From an uncultured Clostridia bacterium (GTDB lineage: Bacteria > Bacillota > Clostridia > Christensenellales > Borkfalkiaceae): 64,000 nt of DNA. A model generated the notes under the pieces. It had not been told where the DNA came from and ran no database searches. It was given only the letters and a program-made list of their open reading frames with translations. This document shows, in pieces, positions 55,092 through 64,000 of this stretch. Both the position numbers and the translations under genes were made by a program. Where the stretch lies: NCBI GenBank assembly GCA_944354035.1, contig CALVPS010000005.1:6537-70536 (forward strand), written 5' to 3'. Numbering within the stretch: position 1 is the first letter of the stretch; each line of letters starts with the position of its first letter.

Positions 55092-57095
55092 TCAGTTCAG
55101 CACCACATCCCTTAAACTTTCGTACTTACCCATGGCGACCTTTTGAATACGCTCAAACTCCAGGCGGCGCTCGAACGCCTCGTCGACCAGCCGCTTGGCG
55201 GTAAAAATACTGTCCGTCGAATAGCGCAGATTTTTAATATCGTTTAAAAATTTTCCGCTTTGCCGCGTCCCCAAAAAATCGCCGCCGCCCCGCAGCTCCA
55301 GATCTCTTTGCGCAAGGACGAAACCGTCCGTCGTCCCCTTAAACGCGGCAAGGCGTTCGCGCGCGCCTTCGCTGTCCGATCCGATCAGCAAAAAGCAATA
55401 GCTCTTTTCACTGCCGCGGCCGACGCGCCCGCGCAGCTGGTGAAGCTGCGAAAGTCCGAATCGCTCGGCATTGTAAATGATCATGATCGTGGCGTTCGGC
55501 ACGTCCACGCCGACCTCTATCACGGTGGTCGAAACCAGGCAGTCGTATTCGCCGCGCTTGAACGCCTCCATCACGGCACCCTTTTCGCGCTCCTTCATTT
55601 TACCGTGCAGCAGCGCGAAACGCACTTCGGGAAGCCGCCCGCGCAGCTCCTCGAACAGTTCCGTGACCGACGTCGTATCCCCCTCGTCGTCCTCGATCTT
55701 GGCGCACACAAAGTATGCCTGACGGCCGCCCCGCACCTGTTCGCGCACGTATGCAAGCATATCGTCGTACCGCCGCTCCGGAATGACCGACGTGGAGACA
55801 GGCTGGCGGTCGAGCGGCTTATCGGGAATGGTCGTCACGTCCAGATCGCCGTAAAACACCAGCGAAAGCGTACGCGGAATGGGCGTGGCCGACATTACCA
55901 AAATATCTGGAGCGTCGCCCTTCTCACTCAATATATTGCGCTGCGCAACGCCAAACCGATGCTGCTCGTCGCATACGCAAAAGGCAAGGTCGCAAAAGCG
56001 GACATCCCCCTGCAGCACGGCGTGGGTGCCGCAGAGCACATCGATCTCCCCTGCCGCAAGCGCCTCTTTTACCGCGCGTTTTTCCCCGGAGGAACTTCCC
56101 CCCGCAAGATATCCAATACGGTATTCCGGAAAAATTTTTTGCAGCAGCGCAAAATTTTGCGCCGCAAGCACCTCGGTCGGCGAAAGATATGCCGCCTGAA
56201 AGCCGCTTTTTAGCGCCATGTAAATGCCCGTCAGCGCCACGGCGGTCTTGCCGCTGCCCACATCGCCCTGCAGCAGCCGGTTCATGCGCACGGGACCGGT
56301 CAGGTTATCGTATATCGCCCGTACCGCCGCCTGCTGGCCGGGCGTAAACGTAAAGGGAAACCGTCGTTCAAACGCAGCCACATCCCGCTCGCTCACCCGA
56401 TAGCGCCTGATGCGCGCCTCCTGCCGGTCACCCTTGATCAGCCGGAAGGCCGCCAACAGCGTAAAATATTCTTCCAACGCGATGCGTTCGGAGCTTTCGC
56501 GCAGCTCCTCCTGCGATTTTGGCATATGAACCCCGTAATAGGCTTGCCGCAGAGGGAAAAGCGCGTACTTTTTTTGCAATTCCGCGGGGATGACCGAAAC
56601 AAACGTCTCTTCTGCGAGCGCCGCGCGCACCGCGTCGCGCACGACGCGCTGAGTCAGCCCTCCCCGCAGCGGATAGACGGGCACCAGCCCCTTTAAGTAG
56701 TTGTTTTTTTCGATCGGCTCGAACGAGGGATTGACGAGCGACGCTTGCCCGTAGCGGTTTTGCACGCGCCCGTAAAACAGGTAATCGCCCGGGCGCAGAC
56801 GCTGCGCCAGGTAGGGCATATGAAACCACACCGCGGGAAAGGTGACCCCGTCCTGCTCCAGCCAGGCACGGATAGTCCTGCGCTTATCGTAGCGCCGTAC
56901 CGGCTCGACCGAAACCAGCCGGCAGGCCAAAAGCGCCGTCTCGTTGTGGCAGACGTCGAAAATCGACGCACGGTTGGTCATGTCGAGGTAGGTGCGCGGA
57001 AAATACTGCACCAGCGCACGCGTATCCCCAATGTTCAATTTTGCAAATTCTTTGGCGCGTTTTTCGTTGATCCCGCGCAAAGCCGTGATATTCAT
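55092..57095 (-). CDS. recG: ATP-dependent DNA helicase RecG
   Basis: 667 aa, wedge domain, GDVGSGKT Walker A, DEQH box, LHGKM, helicase C motifs. Confidence 0.95.
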   Translation of the reverse strand: MNITALRGINEKRAKEFAKLNIGDTRALVQYFPRTYLDMTNRASIFDVCHNETALLACRLVSVEPVRRYDKRRTIRAWLEQDGVTFPAVWFHMPYLAQRLRPGDYLFYGRVQNRYGQASLVNPSFEPIEKNNYLKGLVPVYPLRGGLTQRVVRDAVRAALAEETFVSVIPAELQKKYALFPLRQAYYGVHMPKSQEELRESSERIALEEYFTLLAAFRLIKGDRQEARIRRYRVSERDVAAFERRFPFTFTPGQQAAVRAIYDNLTGPVRMNRLLQGDVGSGKTAVALTGIYMALKSGFQAAYLSPTEVLAAQNFALLQKIFPEYRIGYLAGGSSSGEKRAVKEALAAGEIDVLCGTHAVLQGDVRFCDLAFCVCDEQHRFGVAQRNILSEKGDAPDILVMSATPIPRTLSLVFYGDLDVTTIPDKPLDRQPVSTSVIPERRYDDMLAYVREQVRGGRQAYFVCAKIEDDEGDTTSVTELFEELRGRLPEVRFALLHGKMKEREKGAVMEAFKRGEYDCLVSTTVIEVGVDVPNATIMIIYNAERFGLSQLHQLRGRVGRGSEKSYCFLLIGSDSEGARERLAAFKGTTDGFVLAQRDLELRGGGDFLGTRQSGKFLNDIKNLRYSTDSIFTAKRLVDEAFERRLEFERIQKVAMGKYESLRDVVLN

Positions 57096-57204
57096 TATTT
57101 TGATTTGTTAAAAAACAATTTTCAACATCATAATATAAACAGAAACCGGTCCGAGCGCCGCGCTCCCAAGAAAAAAGAGCGGCGCGCCGCTCTTTTGCAG
57201 GTCA

Positions 57205-58857
57205 TTATTCCAAAGAAAGCAGATAGTAATACACGGGCTGTCCGCCGTAGTGAAAGTCGACGTCGCAGTCGGGGAAGGCTTCCTGTACCTTTGCGGAGAG
57301 CGCCGAGGCGTCGGCCTCGTCCACACCCTCGCCGTAATAGAGGGTGATCACCTCGTGCGAATCATCCTTTAACTTTTCAAGCAGCTTTAGCACCGTCTCG
57401 TCGACGGAGTGCCCCTTCGCCAAAATCTTTTTATCGTCCAGGCCGATGATGTCCCCTTCCTTAATGCTGAAGCCGTTGACGTTGGTCGTGCGCACGGCGT
57501 GCGTGACCTGCCCGGCCTTTACGTTGTCGATCGCATGGATCATGTTCGTCTTGTTTTCTTCCGCCGACGAACCGGGGCTGAAAGAAAGGGCTGCCGCAAA
57601 GCCCTGCGGCACATTTTTGGTAGGGATGACGTGGATGATGCGGTTATCGACCAGCGCCTTTGCCTGCTCGGCCGCCAAAATAATATTTTTATTGTTGGGG
57701 AATACAAACACGTTATCGGCGTTGATCTTCTGCACCGCCGTGGCAATGTCGGAGGCCGAGGGATTCATCGTCTGCCCGCCCTCGATCACGCGGTCGACGA
57801 ACAGATCTTTGAAGATCTCCGAAATGCCCTCGCCCGCGCAGATGGCCAGCATCCCCTGGTCCTTTTTTTCGGCGGCGATCTTTGCCTTAAGGGCGCGGTT
57901 CTGTTCGAGCATGTTTTCGATCTTCGGGCGATCCAATTCGCCGAGCTCCAACGCATAGGTAAGCGCCACGCCGGGGCTGTTGGTGTGCACGTGCACCTTT
58001 ACCATTTCGAGGTCGCCGATGCAGATGACGCTGTCGCCGATCCCCATCAGGTTCTCGCGCAGCTTATCGATATCCGCAAGCGTTGTGCTCTTTTTTAAGT
58101 TGATGATAAAAAACTCGGTGCAGTAGGCAAACTGGATCTCGCCGAGGTCCATGTTGATGATATCGGAGTTGTCGCCGAAATCGGCGTCCATGCTCTGCGC
58201 CTGGTTGGCCGCCTCCGTCTGCACTTCCGAGACGATCTCGTCCCCCATCAGCGCCGACAAAAAGCCGCGCATAATGGTCATAAGGCCGACGCCGCCCGAG
58301 TCGACCACGCCCGCCTTTTTTAACACGGGCAAAAGCTCGGGAGTCTGCGCAAGCGCCCTGTCGCCCTCCTCGATCACGGCGGGCAGGAACGACTCGAAGT
58401 CACGCTGCTTGCCGGCGATCTTTACGGCGTATTCGCTCATCATGCGCACGACCGTAAGGATGGTTCCCTCCTTGGGGATCGCCACGGCGCTGTACGCGAC
58501 CTTGGTGCCCGCTTCCATGGCGCGGGCGAATGTTTTGGTATCTACTTCCGGTTTCCCTTCGCGCAGGACCGAACAGATCCCGCGCAGGATTTGCGATAAA
58601 ATGACGCCCGAATTGCCGCGGGCTCCGCGCAGCGCGCCCTTGGATACGCTGTCGCACACCTCGGGAAAGGTATTGGACGCCGACGTGGTGAGTTCCTTTA
58701 CCGCCGATTGCAGCGTGAGAGACATATTGGTACCCGTGTCGCCGTCCGGAACGGGGAACACGTTGAGCGCATCGACCTTTGCCCGATTGTTATCGAGCAT
58801 CTTTGCGCCGACCAATACCATTTTGCGAAATATCGCACAATTGATCGTTTTTTGCAT
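57205..58857 (-). CDS. yloV: DAK2 domain-containing protein YloV
   Basis: 550 aa, VFPVPDGDTGTNM Dak2 motif, position between asp23 and recG. Confidence 0.9.
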   Translation of the reverse strand: MQKTINCAIFRKMVLVGAKMLDNNRAKVDALNVFPVPDGDTGTNMSLTLQSAVKELTTSASNTFPEVCDSVSKGALRGARGNSGVILSQILRGICSVLREGKPEVDTKTFARAMEAGTKVAYSAVAIPKEGTILTVVRMMSEYAVKIAGKQRDFESFLPAVIEEGDRALAQTPELLPVLKKAGVVDSGGVGLMTIMRGFLSALMGDEIVSEVQTEAANQAQSMDADFGDNSDIINMDLGEIQFAYCTEFFIINLKKSTTLADIDKLRENLMGIGDSVICIGDLEMVKVHVHTNSPGVALTYALELGELDRPKIENMLEQNRALKAKIAAEKKDQGMLAICAGEGISEIFKDLFVDRVIEGGQTMNPSASDIATAVQKINADNVFVFPNNKNIILAAEQAKALVDNRIIHVIPTKNVPQGFAAALSFSPGSSAEENKTNMIHAIDNVKAGQVTHAVRTTNVNGFSIKEGDIIGLDDKKILAKGHSVDETVLKLLEKLKDDSHEVITLYYGEGVDEADASALSAKVQEAFPDCDVDFHYGGQPVYYYLLSLE

Positions 58858-58899
58858 GAAAAAATTCTCCCGAATAAAAACCTGCGCAGAGACCGAGAG

Positions 58900-59250
58900 T
58901 TATAATTTTAAACCGACCACATTTACGTTCACGGTGTCCACGATCATGCCGGTAAAATACTCTACCTTGTACTTGATCCCTTCTTTCAGCGACTCCGCGA
59001 CCGCCTCGATCGAAACGCCGTACTTGATCAGCACGGATACGTCGATAAAGATCCGGTTTCCGGACGTAACAACTTTTACGCCCTTGCCTCCTGCGTCTTT
59101 TTTAAACAGTTCGGCGAACGTCTCCGTAAAACGGCGCGAAACGGTATCCACGATGCCATAGCTTTCCACCGCGGCCCTCGAAGCGACCTTGGCGATCGCC
59201 ACATCGGATATGGAAATTTTACCGTACGCGTTGCTGGTACTTACAGACAT
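58900..59250 (-). CDS. Asp23/Gls24-family envelope stress protein (YloU)
   Basis: 116 aa, YGKISISDVAIAKVASRAAVESYGIV; ATG 59248-59250; ORF-track start is an over-extension. Confidence 0.85.
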   Translation of the reverse strand: MSVSTSNAYGKISISDVAIAKVASRAAVESYGIVDTVSRRFTETFAELFKKDAGGKGVKVVTSGNRIFIDVSVLIKYGVSIEAVAESLKEGIKYKVEYFTGMIVDTVNVNVVGLKL

Positions 59251-59467
59251 AACTGCTCTCCTGAACTTGCTCCTTTCTATTCTACCCCATTGCGTATCAT
59301 TTTGCAAGCATTCTTGAAAAAAAATTCTGTTTTTTTCAAAAAAAATCGCGTTTTTCCCTCTATTTTCATTGCTTTTTTCCGCAAGAAATGCTATCATGAT
59401 TCCGTTGTGCCGCCATGCGGTTTTGCATGCGCGCGTTTTGAAATCAACCCTTCGGGAGGAATGTTAT

Positions 59468-59656
59468 ATGTCGAGAGTATGCAGCATCTGCGGAAAAGGC
59501 CAAACATCGGGTAACAACGTAAGCCACTCCAACCGGAAGACCAGGCGTTCGTTTAAGGCAAACGTACAAAAAGTGACGTACGTGGCCGACGGCAAGGTAG
59601 AAAACGGTTATGTTTGCACGCGCTGCTTAAAGAGCAATAAGATCGAGCGCGTTTGA
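59468..59656 (+). CDS. rpmB: 50S ribosomal protein L28
   Basis: [34 protein letters not shown]; GGGAGGA RBS. Confidence 0.95.
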   Translation: MSRVCSICGKGQTSGNNVSHSNRKTRRSFKANVQKVTYVADGKVENGYVCTRCLKSNKIERV

Positions 59657-59734
59657 TCGCATGCAAAAAAAGGACGCCCGCATCTCACGCGGGCCCCGAA
59701 GTTCGGACGAAGATCCGATTGAACGATCATAAAA

Positions 59735-59765
59735 GGAGCTTGGCACCTGCCGGGCTCCTTTTTTC
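59735..59765 (+). terminator. intrinsic terminator of rpmB
   Basis: ggagcttggc-acct-gccgggctcc 10-bp stem followed by TTTTTT. Confidence 0.75.
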
Positions 59766-60120
59766 TTTGCGGAAGGCCCGCACGCCGTTCCGGCAAGCGC
59801 TCCCCCGGCGCGGCCTCGGAACAAACTCTGCCGCGCTCTCAAACTTCTTTTCGACGCTTTCCGCTTTCGGCCCGCCGAAACGACATTCCGCCGCGCCGTT
59901 GTCCGTGCAATTTTTTGCGCGGCATGCGCATGAGGGCCGCTTTTCTTTGCGGAAGGCCCGCACGCTGTTCCGGCAAGCGCTCCCCCGGCGCGGCCTCGGA
60001 ACAAACTCTGCCGCGCTCTCAAACTTCTTTTCGACGCTTTCCGCTTTCGGCCCGCCGAAACGACATTCCGCCGCGCCGTTGTCCGTGCAATTTTTTGCGC
60101 GGCATGCGCATGAGGGCCGC
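59761..60120. repeat. tandem direct repeat, 2 x 180 bp, 359/360 identical
   Basis: 59761-59940 and 59941-60120 are identical except c/t at 59786/59966. Confidence 0.95.
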
Positions 60121-60134
60121 AGCGCCGCGACGGC

Positions 60135-61049
60135 TCATCCGCAGACGTCCGCCAAGACGCGCATAAAATTTTTATATGCGATCTTTTCGGCGACGCGTTC
60201 GCCGAAAAGATGCGAAAAGGTCTCGAATAAACGCGGCAGACAGGATGGATCGGGCACGCAAGCATTGGGCGGAGCGCCGTCGAAATCGGAGCCGACGGCA
60301 AGCACGTCTTCGCCGCCGACCTTCAGGATGTGCCGCGCGTGCGCCGCGATCGCCGCAAGCTGTTCCCGCGCGCCCCTTCCGCCGCCCAAAAAGTCGGCGC
60401 AGAAGTTGAGCCCCGTCACGCCGCCGCAGTCGGCCAGCCGCACGACCTGTTCGTCCGTCAGATTGCGCGCCCACCCGCATACCGCGGCAGCATTGGAATG
60501 GCTTGCCACAAAGGGCCGCCCCGCCGCCGCCACCTGCGCAAACAGCGCGTCGCTCCCGTGCGAGACGTCGGCGATCATCCCCAGCTCGCCCATCCGCGCA
60601 AGTACGTCCGCCCCGAAGGCCGTAAGCCCGCGCTCCCTTTCGCGCAGACAGGGCGATACGCGGCCCGCGCACAGCCCGGCGTAATCGGGAAAGTTGGGAA
60701 ATCCTGCCGACGCAGGCGTATTCCACACAAACCCCATCATGCGCACGCCGCGCGCATACAGCGCGTCGACGCGGGAGAGCTCTCCCTCCAGCGCGTCGCC
60801 CTCCACCGTGAGCAGAGCATTTACAGCCGTGCCGCGGCAATCCGAAGCGCGCCGCACGGGGCGATATCCCTCGCGCCGGCACATGGCGTAAAACGCGTCC
60901 GCCAGCGTGCAGAAGCGCGCGTAGCCGCCCTCCTCGACAAAGGCGGCAAAGCCCTGCACCAGACAGCCGCCCCGCACCAGCCGCTCCTTTGTTACCTGCA
61001 AAACGCCCTCGGAAGAGAGGGCGTCGCAGTGCATATCGCAATATTTCAT
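60135..61049 (-). CDS. M19-family membrane dipeptidase-like protein
   Basis: MKYCDMHCDAL, VEGDALEG, DVSHGSD, ASHSNA, GSDFDG motifs; ATG 61047-61049; the 479-aa track ORF is an over-extension. Confidence 0.85.
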   Translation of the reverse strand: MKYCDMHCDALSSEGVLQVTKERLVRGGCLVQGFAAFVEEGGYARFCTLADAFYAMCRREGYRPVRRASDCRGTAVNALLTVEGDALEGELSRVDALYARGVRMMGFVWNTPASAGFPNFPDYAGLCAGRVSPCLRERERGLTAFGADVLARMGELGMIADVSHGSDALFAQVAAAGRPFVASHSNAAAVCGWARNLTDEQVVRLADCGGVTGLNFCADFLGGGRGAREQLAAIAAHARHILKVGGEDVLAVGSDFDGAPPNACVPDPSCLPRLFETFSHLFGERVAEKIAYKNFMRVLADVCG

Positions 61050-61131
61050 TTGTGTCTGACCAGCAGCCGCAGCAAAAAACGTACGGCGCGGGGCGGCTTG
61101 ATGCACACGATCGCGTTCACGGGCGCCTCCT

Positions 61132-61725
61132 TTACAAGTCGATAAACACGAGTACCGTCTCCTCCGTCCGGAAGCGCGCCGTATCCGCCGTGACCACGTT
61201 GGAAATTCCGCGCGTGGATCCGTAATAAAACGCCTCCGGCAGAGGATAATAGAACCCGCTGCTATCATATATATGCGCAATGCCGCCGAAAGGCAATATC
61301 GAAACGGTCTTTCCGCGCAGGCCGGGCAGGACCACCTCTCCCCGCGCGGCAAAAATGCGGGCATGATTGGTGACGAGTTCGGCGCGCACGCCCCGTACGC
61401 ACGCCGCATATAAAAGGTGCAGATTGCCCAAAAAGTGATCCTCTCTACCGCCCCCGCCGCCGTAGAAGACAATTTCGTCCGCGCCCGCTTCAATGGCGCG
61501 CAGCAACGCCAGCTCGCCGTCCGTATAGTTCTTTTCGGAGGGATATACCTCCGCGGGCGGCGGATCGGGCACATAGCCGAGCGAATCGTAGTCGCCCAGA
61601 TTTACGTCGATGTGCGTGCGACCCCTTGCCCAGTCGTAGGCGCCGTCGCAGCACCACACGCGCGCCCCGTCGGCCGGGATGCGGCCGCGGTAAGGCTCGC
61701 CGTTCAATAAAATGACGGCCTTCAT
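61132..61725 (-). CDS. thiN: thiamine diphosphokinase
   Basis: 197 aa, GDYDS, SEKNYTDGELAL, C-terminal thiamine-binding beta domain; ATGA overlap with rpe. Confidence 0.85.
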   Translation of the reverse strand: MKAVILLNGEPYRGRIPADGARVWCCDGAYDWARGRTHIDVNLGDYDSLGYVPDPPPAEVYPSEKNYTDGELALLRAIEAGADEIVFYGGGGGREDHFLGNLHLLYAACVRGVRAELVTNHARIFAARGEVVLPGLRGKTVSILPFGGIAHIYDSSGFYYPLPEAFYYGSTRGISNVVTADTARFRTEETVLVFIDL

Positions 61726-62381
61726 ACGCCGCGCAGACGGGAGATGGTCCAACGCATATCCTGCGAACGAAACACCGTACTGCCCGCCACGATCACGTTC
61801 GCGCCCGCCTCGATCACGGCGTCCACGTTCTCTTCGGTAATGCCGCCGTCCACCTCGATATCCAGATCGGGCCGCCCGTTGCGTACGCAAAAGTCACGCA
61901 GTTTTTCGATTTTTGCAAGCGTCTCGGGAATAAACTTCTGCCCGCCCCAGCCGGGGTGCACGCTCATCAAAAGCAGCATGTCGGCGTCTTCCACGCAGTC
62001 GTAAAGGTGCTCTACCGGCGTATTCGGATTGATGACGGCGCTGGCGCGCATTCCGTAATTTTTAATGATGCGCAGCGTCTGCACCGTGTGATCGCGGCAC
62101 TCCTCCACGTGAACGGTCACCAGGTTCGCCCCCGCCCGCGCAAAACTTTCCAGCCGCGTTTCCGGATGGAGCACCATAAGATGGCAGTCGAGCGGCAGCC
62201 GCGTGTACGGCCTGATCTGCTCGATCATCTGGTTCCCGAACGTGATCGTCGGCACGAAATTTCCGTCCATGACGTCGCAGTGGATGTAATCTGCGCCGCA
62301 CTGCTCCAATTTGCGCACCGTCTCGCCCATGCGTGCAAAGTCGCCCGCAAGAATGGACGGCGCCACCTTTACCTTTAACAT
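61722..62381 (-). CDS. rpe: ribulose-phosphate 3-epimerase
   Basis: VAPSILAGDF, HCDVMDGNFVP, MSVHPGWGGQKF, VDGGI. Confidence 0.95.
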   Translation of the reverse strand: MLKVKVAPSILAGDFARMGETVRKLEQCGADYIHCDVMDGNFVPTITFGNQMIEQIRPYTRLPLDCHLMVLHPETRLESFARAGANLVTVHVEECRDHTVQTLRIIKNYGMRASAVINPNTPVEHLYDCVEDADMLLLMSVHPGWGGQKFIPETLAKIEKLRDFCVRNGRPDLDIEVDGGITEENVDAVIEAGANVIVAGSTVFRSQDMRWTISRLRGV

Positions 62382-62520
62382 ACCTTTCCCCCTGTGATGA
62401 TTACGATCCGGATCGCATACGGCAGTCAAGCGCTGCCGTTTTTTATTTTCGCACGACGCGGCCCGCTGCAGACGGATCCGCCGTACAAGGCGCCGTACGC
62501 CGCGCCGCAAGGCCGCGGCG

Positions 62521-63564
62521 TTAGACGTCCTCCCCTCTTAAATAGCCGGCGCGCAGCTGGCCGCAGGCGCCGCCGATATCCGAGCCCATGCTCCGCCGAA
62601 TGGTGGCGGAGATCCCGCGGCTCTTTAAAATTTGCAAAAAACGCTGCGCCATGCGCTCGTCCGCCGCCCGCAGCCGACGCTCTTTTACGGCGTTCAGGCG
62701 GATGAGATTGACGTGGCAGGGCCTGCCGCGCAGCAGTTCGGCCAGCGCCAGCGCATGTCGCTCGTCGCTGTTTTCGCCCGCGATAAGGCTGTATTCAAAG
62801 ATATAACGCCTGCCCGTCGCCGCAAAATACTCGCCGCATGCCTGCAGGATATCGGCGATGCGATACGCCTTTGCCACGGGCATGATGCGGGCGCGCTCCT
62901 CGTCCGTTACACCGTGCAGCGAAACGGTGAGGTTGAGCGCGATCCCCTCGCCGCAGAACGCGCGCATCTGCGGCACCAGGCCGCAGGTGGATAGGCTGAT
63001 ATTGCGCGCGCTGACGCGCAAACCGTCTTCAGCCGTCAGCAGACGCAAAAATTTTACCACCCGATCGTAATTGTCGAACGGCTCGCCGCTGCCCATAAGC
63101 ACCACGTTGGTCACGGCGCGCGCCTTCGGCGTGCCGCCCTCGGCGCGGTTGACCGCCAAAATCTGCGACAGGATTTCGCCCGCCGTAAGGTTGCGCACCA
63201 GCCCGCCCAGCGTGGAAGCGCAAAACGTACAGCCCATGCGGCAGCCCACCTGCGTGGAGACGCACTGCGTGTTCCCGTACCGGTACTTCATGAGCACACC
63301 CTCCACAAGGTTGCCGTCCGCCAGGGCAAACAGATATTTTTTTGTGCCGTCTGCCGCCGTAAACACCCGCTCTATGCGCACGGGCTCCTCCTCGAACCGC
63401 TCGAGGAGATACGCCTTCAGCGCGGCGGGAACGGGGATCTCGGAAATGCGTTTCCCCTGCAGCAGACCTTCCGCAAGCTGCCCCGCGCGAAAGGGTTTTT
63501 CTCCCGCGTCCGCCACCAGGCGCGATAATTCCAGCAACGAACAATCCTGTAAGATCGCCTTCAT
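62521..63564 (-). CDS. rlmN: 23S rRNA (adenine2503-C2)-methyltransferase, radical SAM
   Basis: CVSTQVGCRMGCTFCAST radical-SAM motif, MGSGEP, DIGGACGQL; ATGA overlap with rsmB. Confidence 0.95.
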   Translation of the reverse strand: MKAILQDCSLLELSRLVADAGEKPFRAGQLAEGLLQGKRISEIPVPAALKAYLLERFEEEPVRIERVFTAADGTKKYLFALADGNLVEGVLMKYRYGNTQCVSTQVGCRMGCTFCASTLGGLVRNLTAGEILSQILAVNRAEGGTPKARAVTNVVLMGSGEPFDNYDRVVKFLRLLTAEDGLRVSARNISLSTCGLVPQMRAFCGEGIALNLTVSLHGVTDEERARIMPVAKAYRIADILQACGEYFAATGRRYIFEYSLIAGENSDERHALALAELLRGRPCHVNLIRLNAVKERRLRAADERMAQRFLQILKSRGISATIRRSMGSDIGGACGQLRAGYLRGEDV

Positions 63565-64000
63565 AGCCGCCTCATTTTGGCAATGTAGAATCCGGCGCCG
63601 AACGCCGCATCGGGCAAAAACTGAATGCCGCAGCGCATTGGTTCGTGCGGAAGCGGACTTTGGACCTCGCATACCGCAAAATCGGCATTCTCCGCCAAAA
63701 ACGCCTCTACCACTCCGTCGTTCTCCGCCCGAAAGAGCGAACAGGTCGAATAGTACAAATAGCCGCCGCGCCTTACATAGCGCGCGCAATTACGCAGGAT
63801 GGCGCGCTGCACGGCATTCAGTCCCGCAAGATCGGCGGCGTTTTTACGCAGCGGAAGATCGGGATTTTCGGCCACCGTACCGAATCCCGAACAGGGCACG
63901 TCGCACAACACGCCGTCGAACGCCCTTTCATACGCGGGGCAGAACACGCTGCTATCGGCCTGCACGGGAAAGACATTCTGCGCCCCCATGCGCCGCGCAT
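63561..64000 (-). CDS. rsmB: 16S rRNA (cytosine967-C5)-methyltransferase, C-terminal part (5-prime end beyond right edge)
   Basis: DGVLCDVPCSGFGT and YSTCSL catalytic Cys motifs. Confidence 0.85.
   Translation of the reverse strand, partial: ARRMGAQNVFPVQADSSVFCPAYERAFDGVLCDVPCSGFGTVAENPDLPLRKNAADLAGLNAVQRAILRNCARYVRRGGYLYYSTCSLFRAENDGVVEAFLAENADFAVCEVQSPLPHEPMRCGIQFLPDAAFGAGFYIAKMRRL

Noticed and set aside
59627-60301. 224-aa - strand ORF with an internally duplicated 60-aa segment. I also considered whether the 180-bp repeats could be a CRISPR array.
   Set aside because: The duplicated peptide merely mirrors the DNA tandem repeat. The ORF is Arg/Ala-rich, overlaps the rpmB terminator and has no RBS. 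The repeats are not a CRISPR array: there are two contiguous 180-bp units, no spacers and no cas genes.

Overview
Visibly GC-rich chromosomal segment, apparently from a spore-forming Clostridia-type Firmicute (spoIVA with a consensus sigma-E promoter is present). Most of it is densely packed core housekeeping. It includes the classic rimP-nusA-ylxR-ylxQ-infB-rbfA-nrnA-truB-ribF operon preceded by nrdR-ispG, then efp/dtd, malic enzyme and ldh, rarA, and hslO. A lysine-riboswitch-controlled asd-dapA-dapB operon follows, then a tRNA-Ala and tmRNA, recG-yloV-asp23-rpmB, and thiN-rpe-rlmN-rsmB. I found no rRNA, CRISPR array, transposase, integrase, prophage or recognisable defence system, and I cannot point to a clearly novel multi-gene system. 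The points that deserve a second look are:
1. A 503-aa PolC-derived protein (N-domain + OB + exonuclease, no PHP or polymerase) sits exactly where full-length polC normally lies.
2. A 5-kb accessory envelope locus (42.9-47.9 kb) is disrupted in several places. These are a response regulator with an in-frame TAA, a GT2 glycosyltransferase frameshifted at a homopolymer, and a PlsY-family gene that is both frameshifted and split. The split is caused by an exactly 800-bp low-GC cassette carrying its own terminator, promoter and a GNAT gene, and that GNAT gene has an in-frame TAG.
3. A modular, multi-hairpin intergenic repeat family is present at three loci, always in the same orientation but with permuted module order.
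4. A near-perfect 2 x 180 bp tandem duplication lies downstream of rpmB.
5. Smaller oddities include a G9 tract at the nrdR ribosome-binding site, a ~125-nt polypyrimidine tract, a 36-bp perfect palindrome, and a duplicated asd 3-prime end.
All functional calls rest on motif and family recognition by eye. No database search was run.
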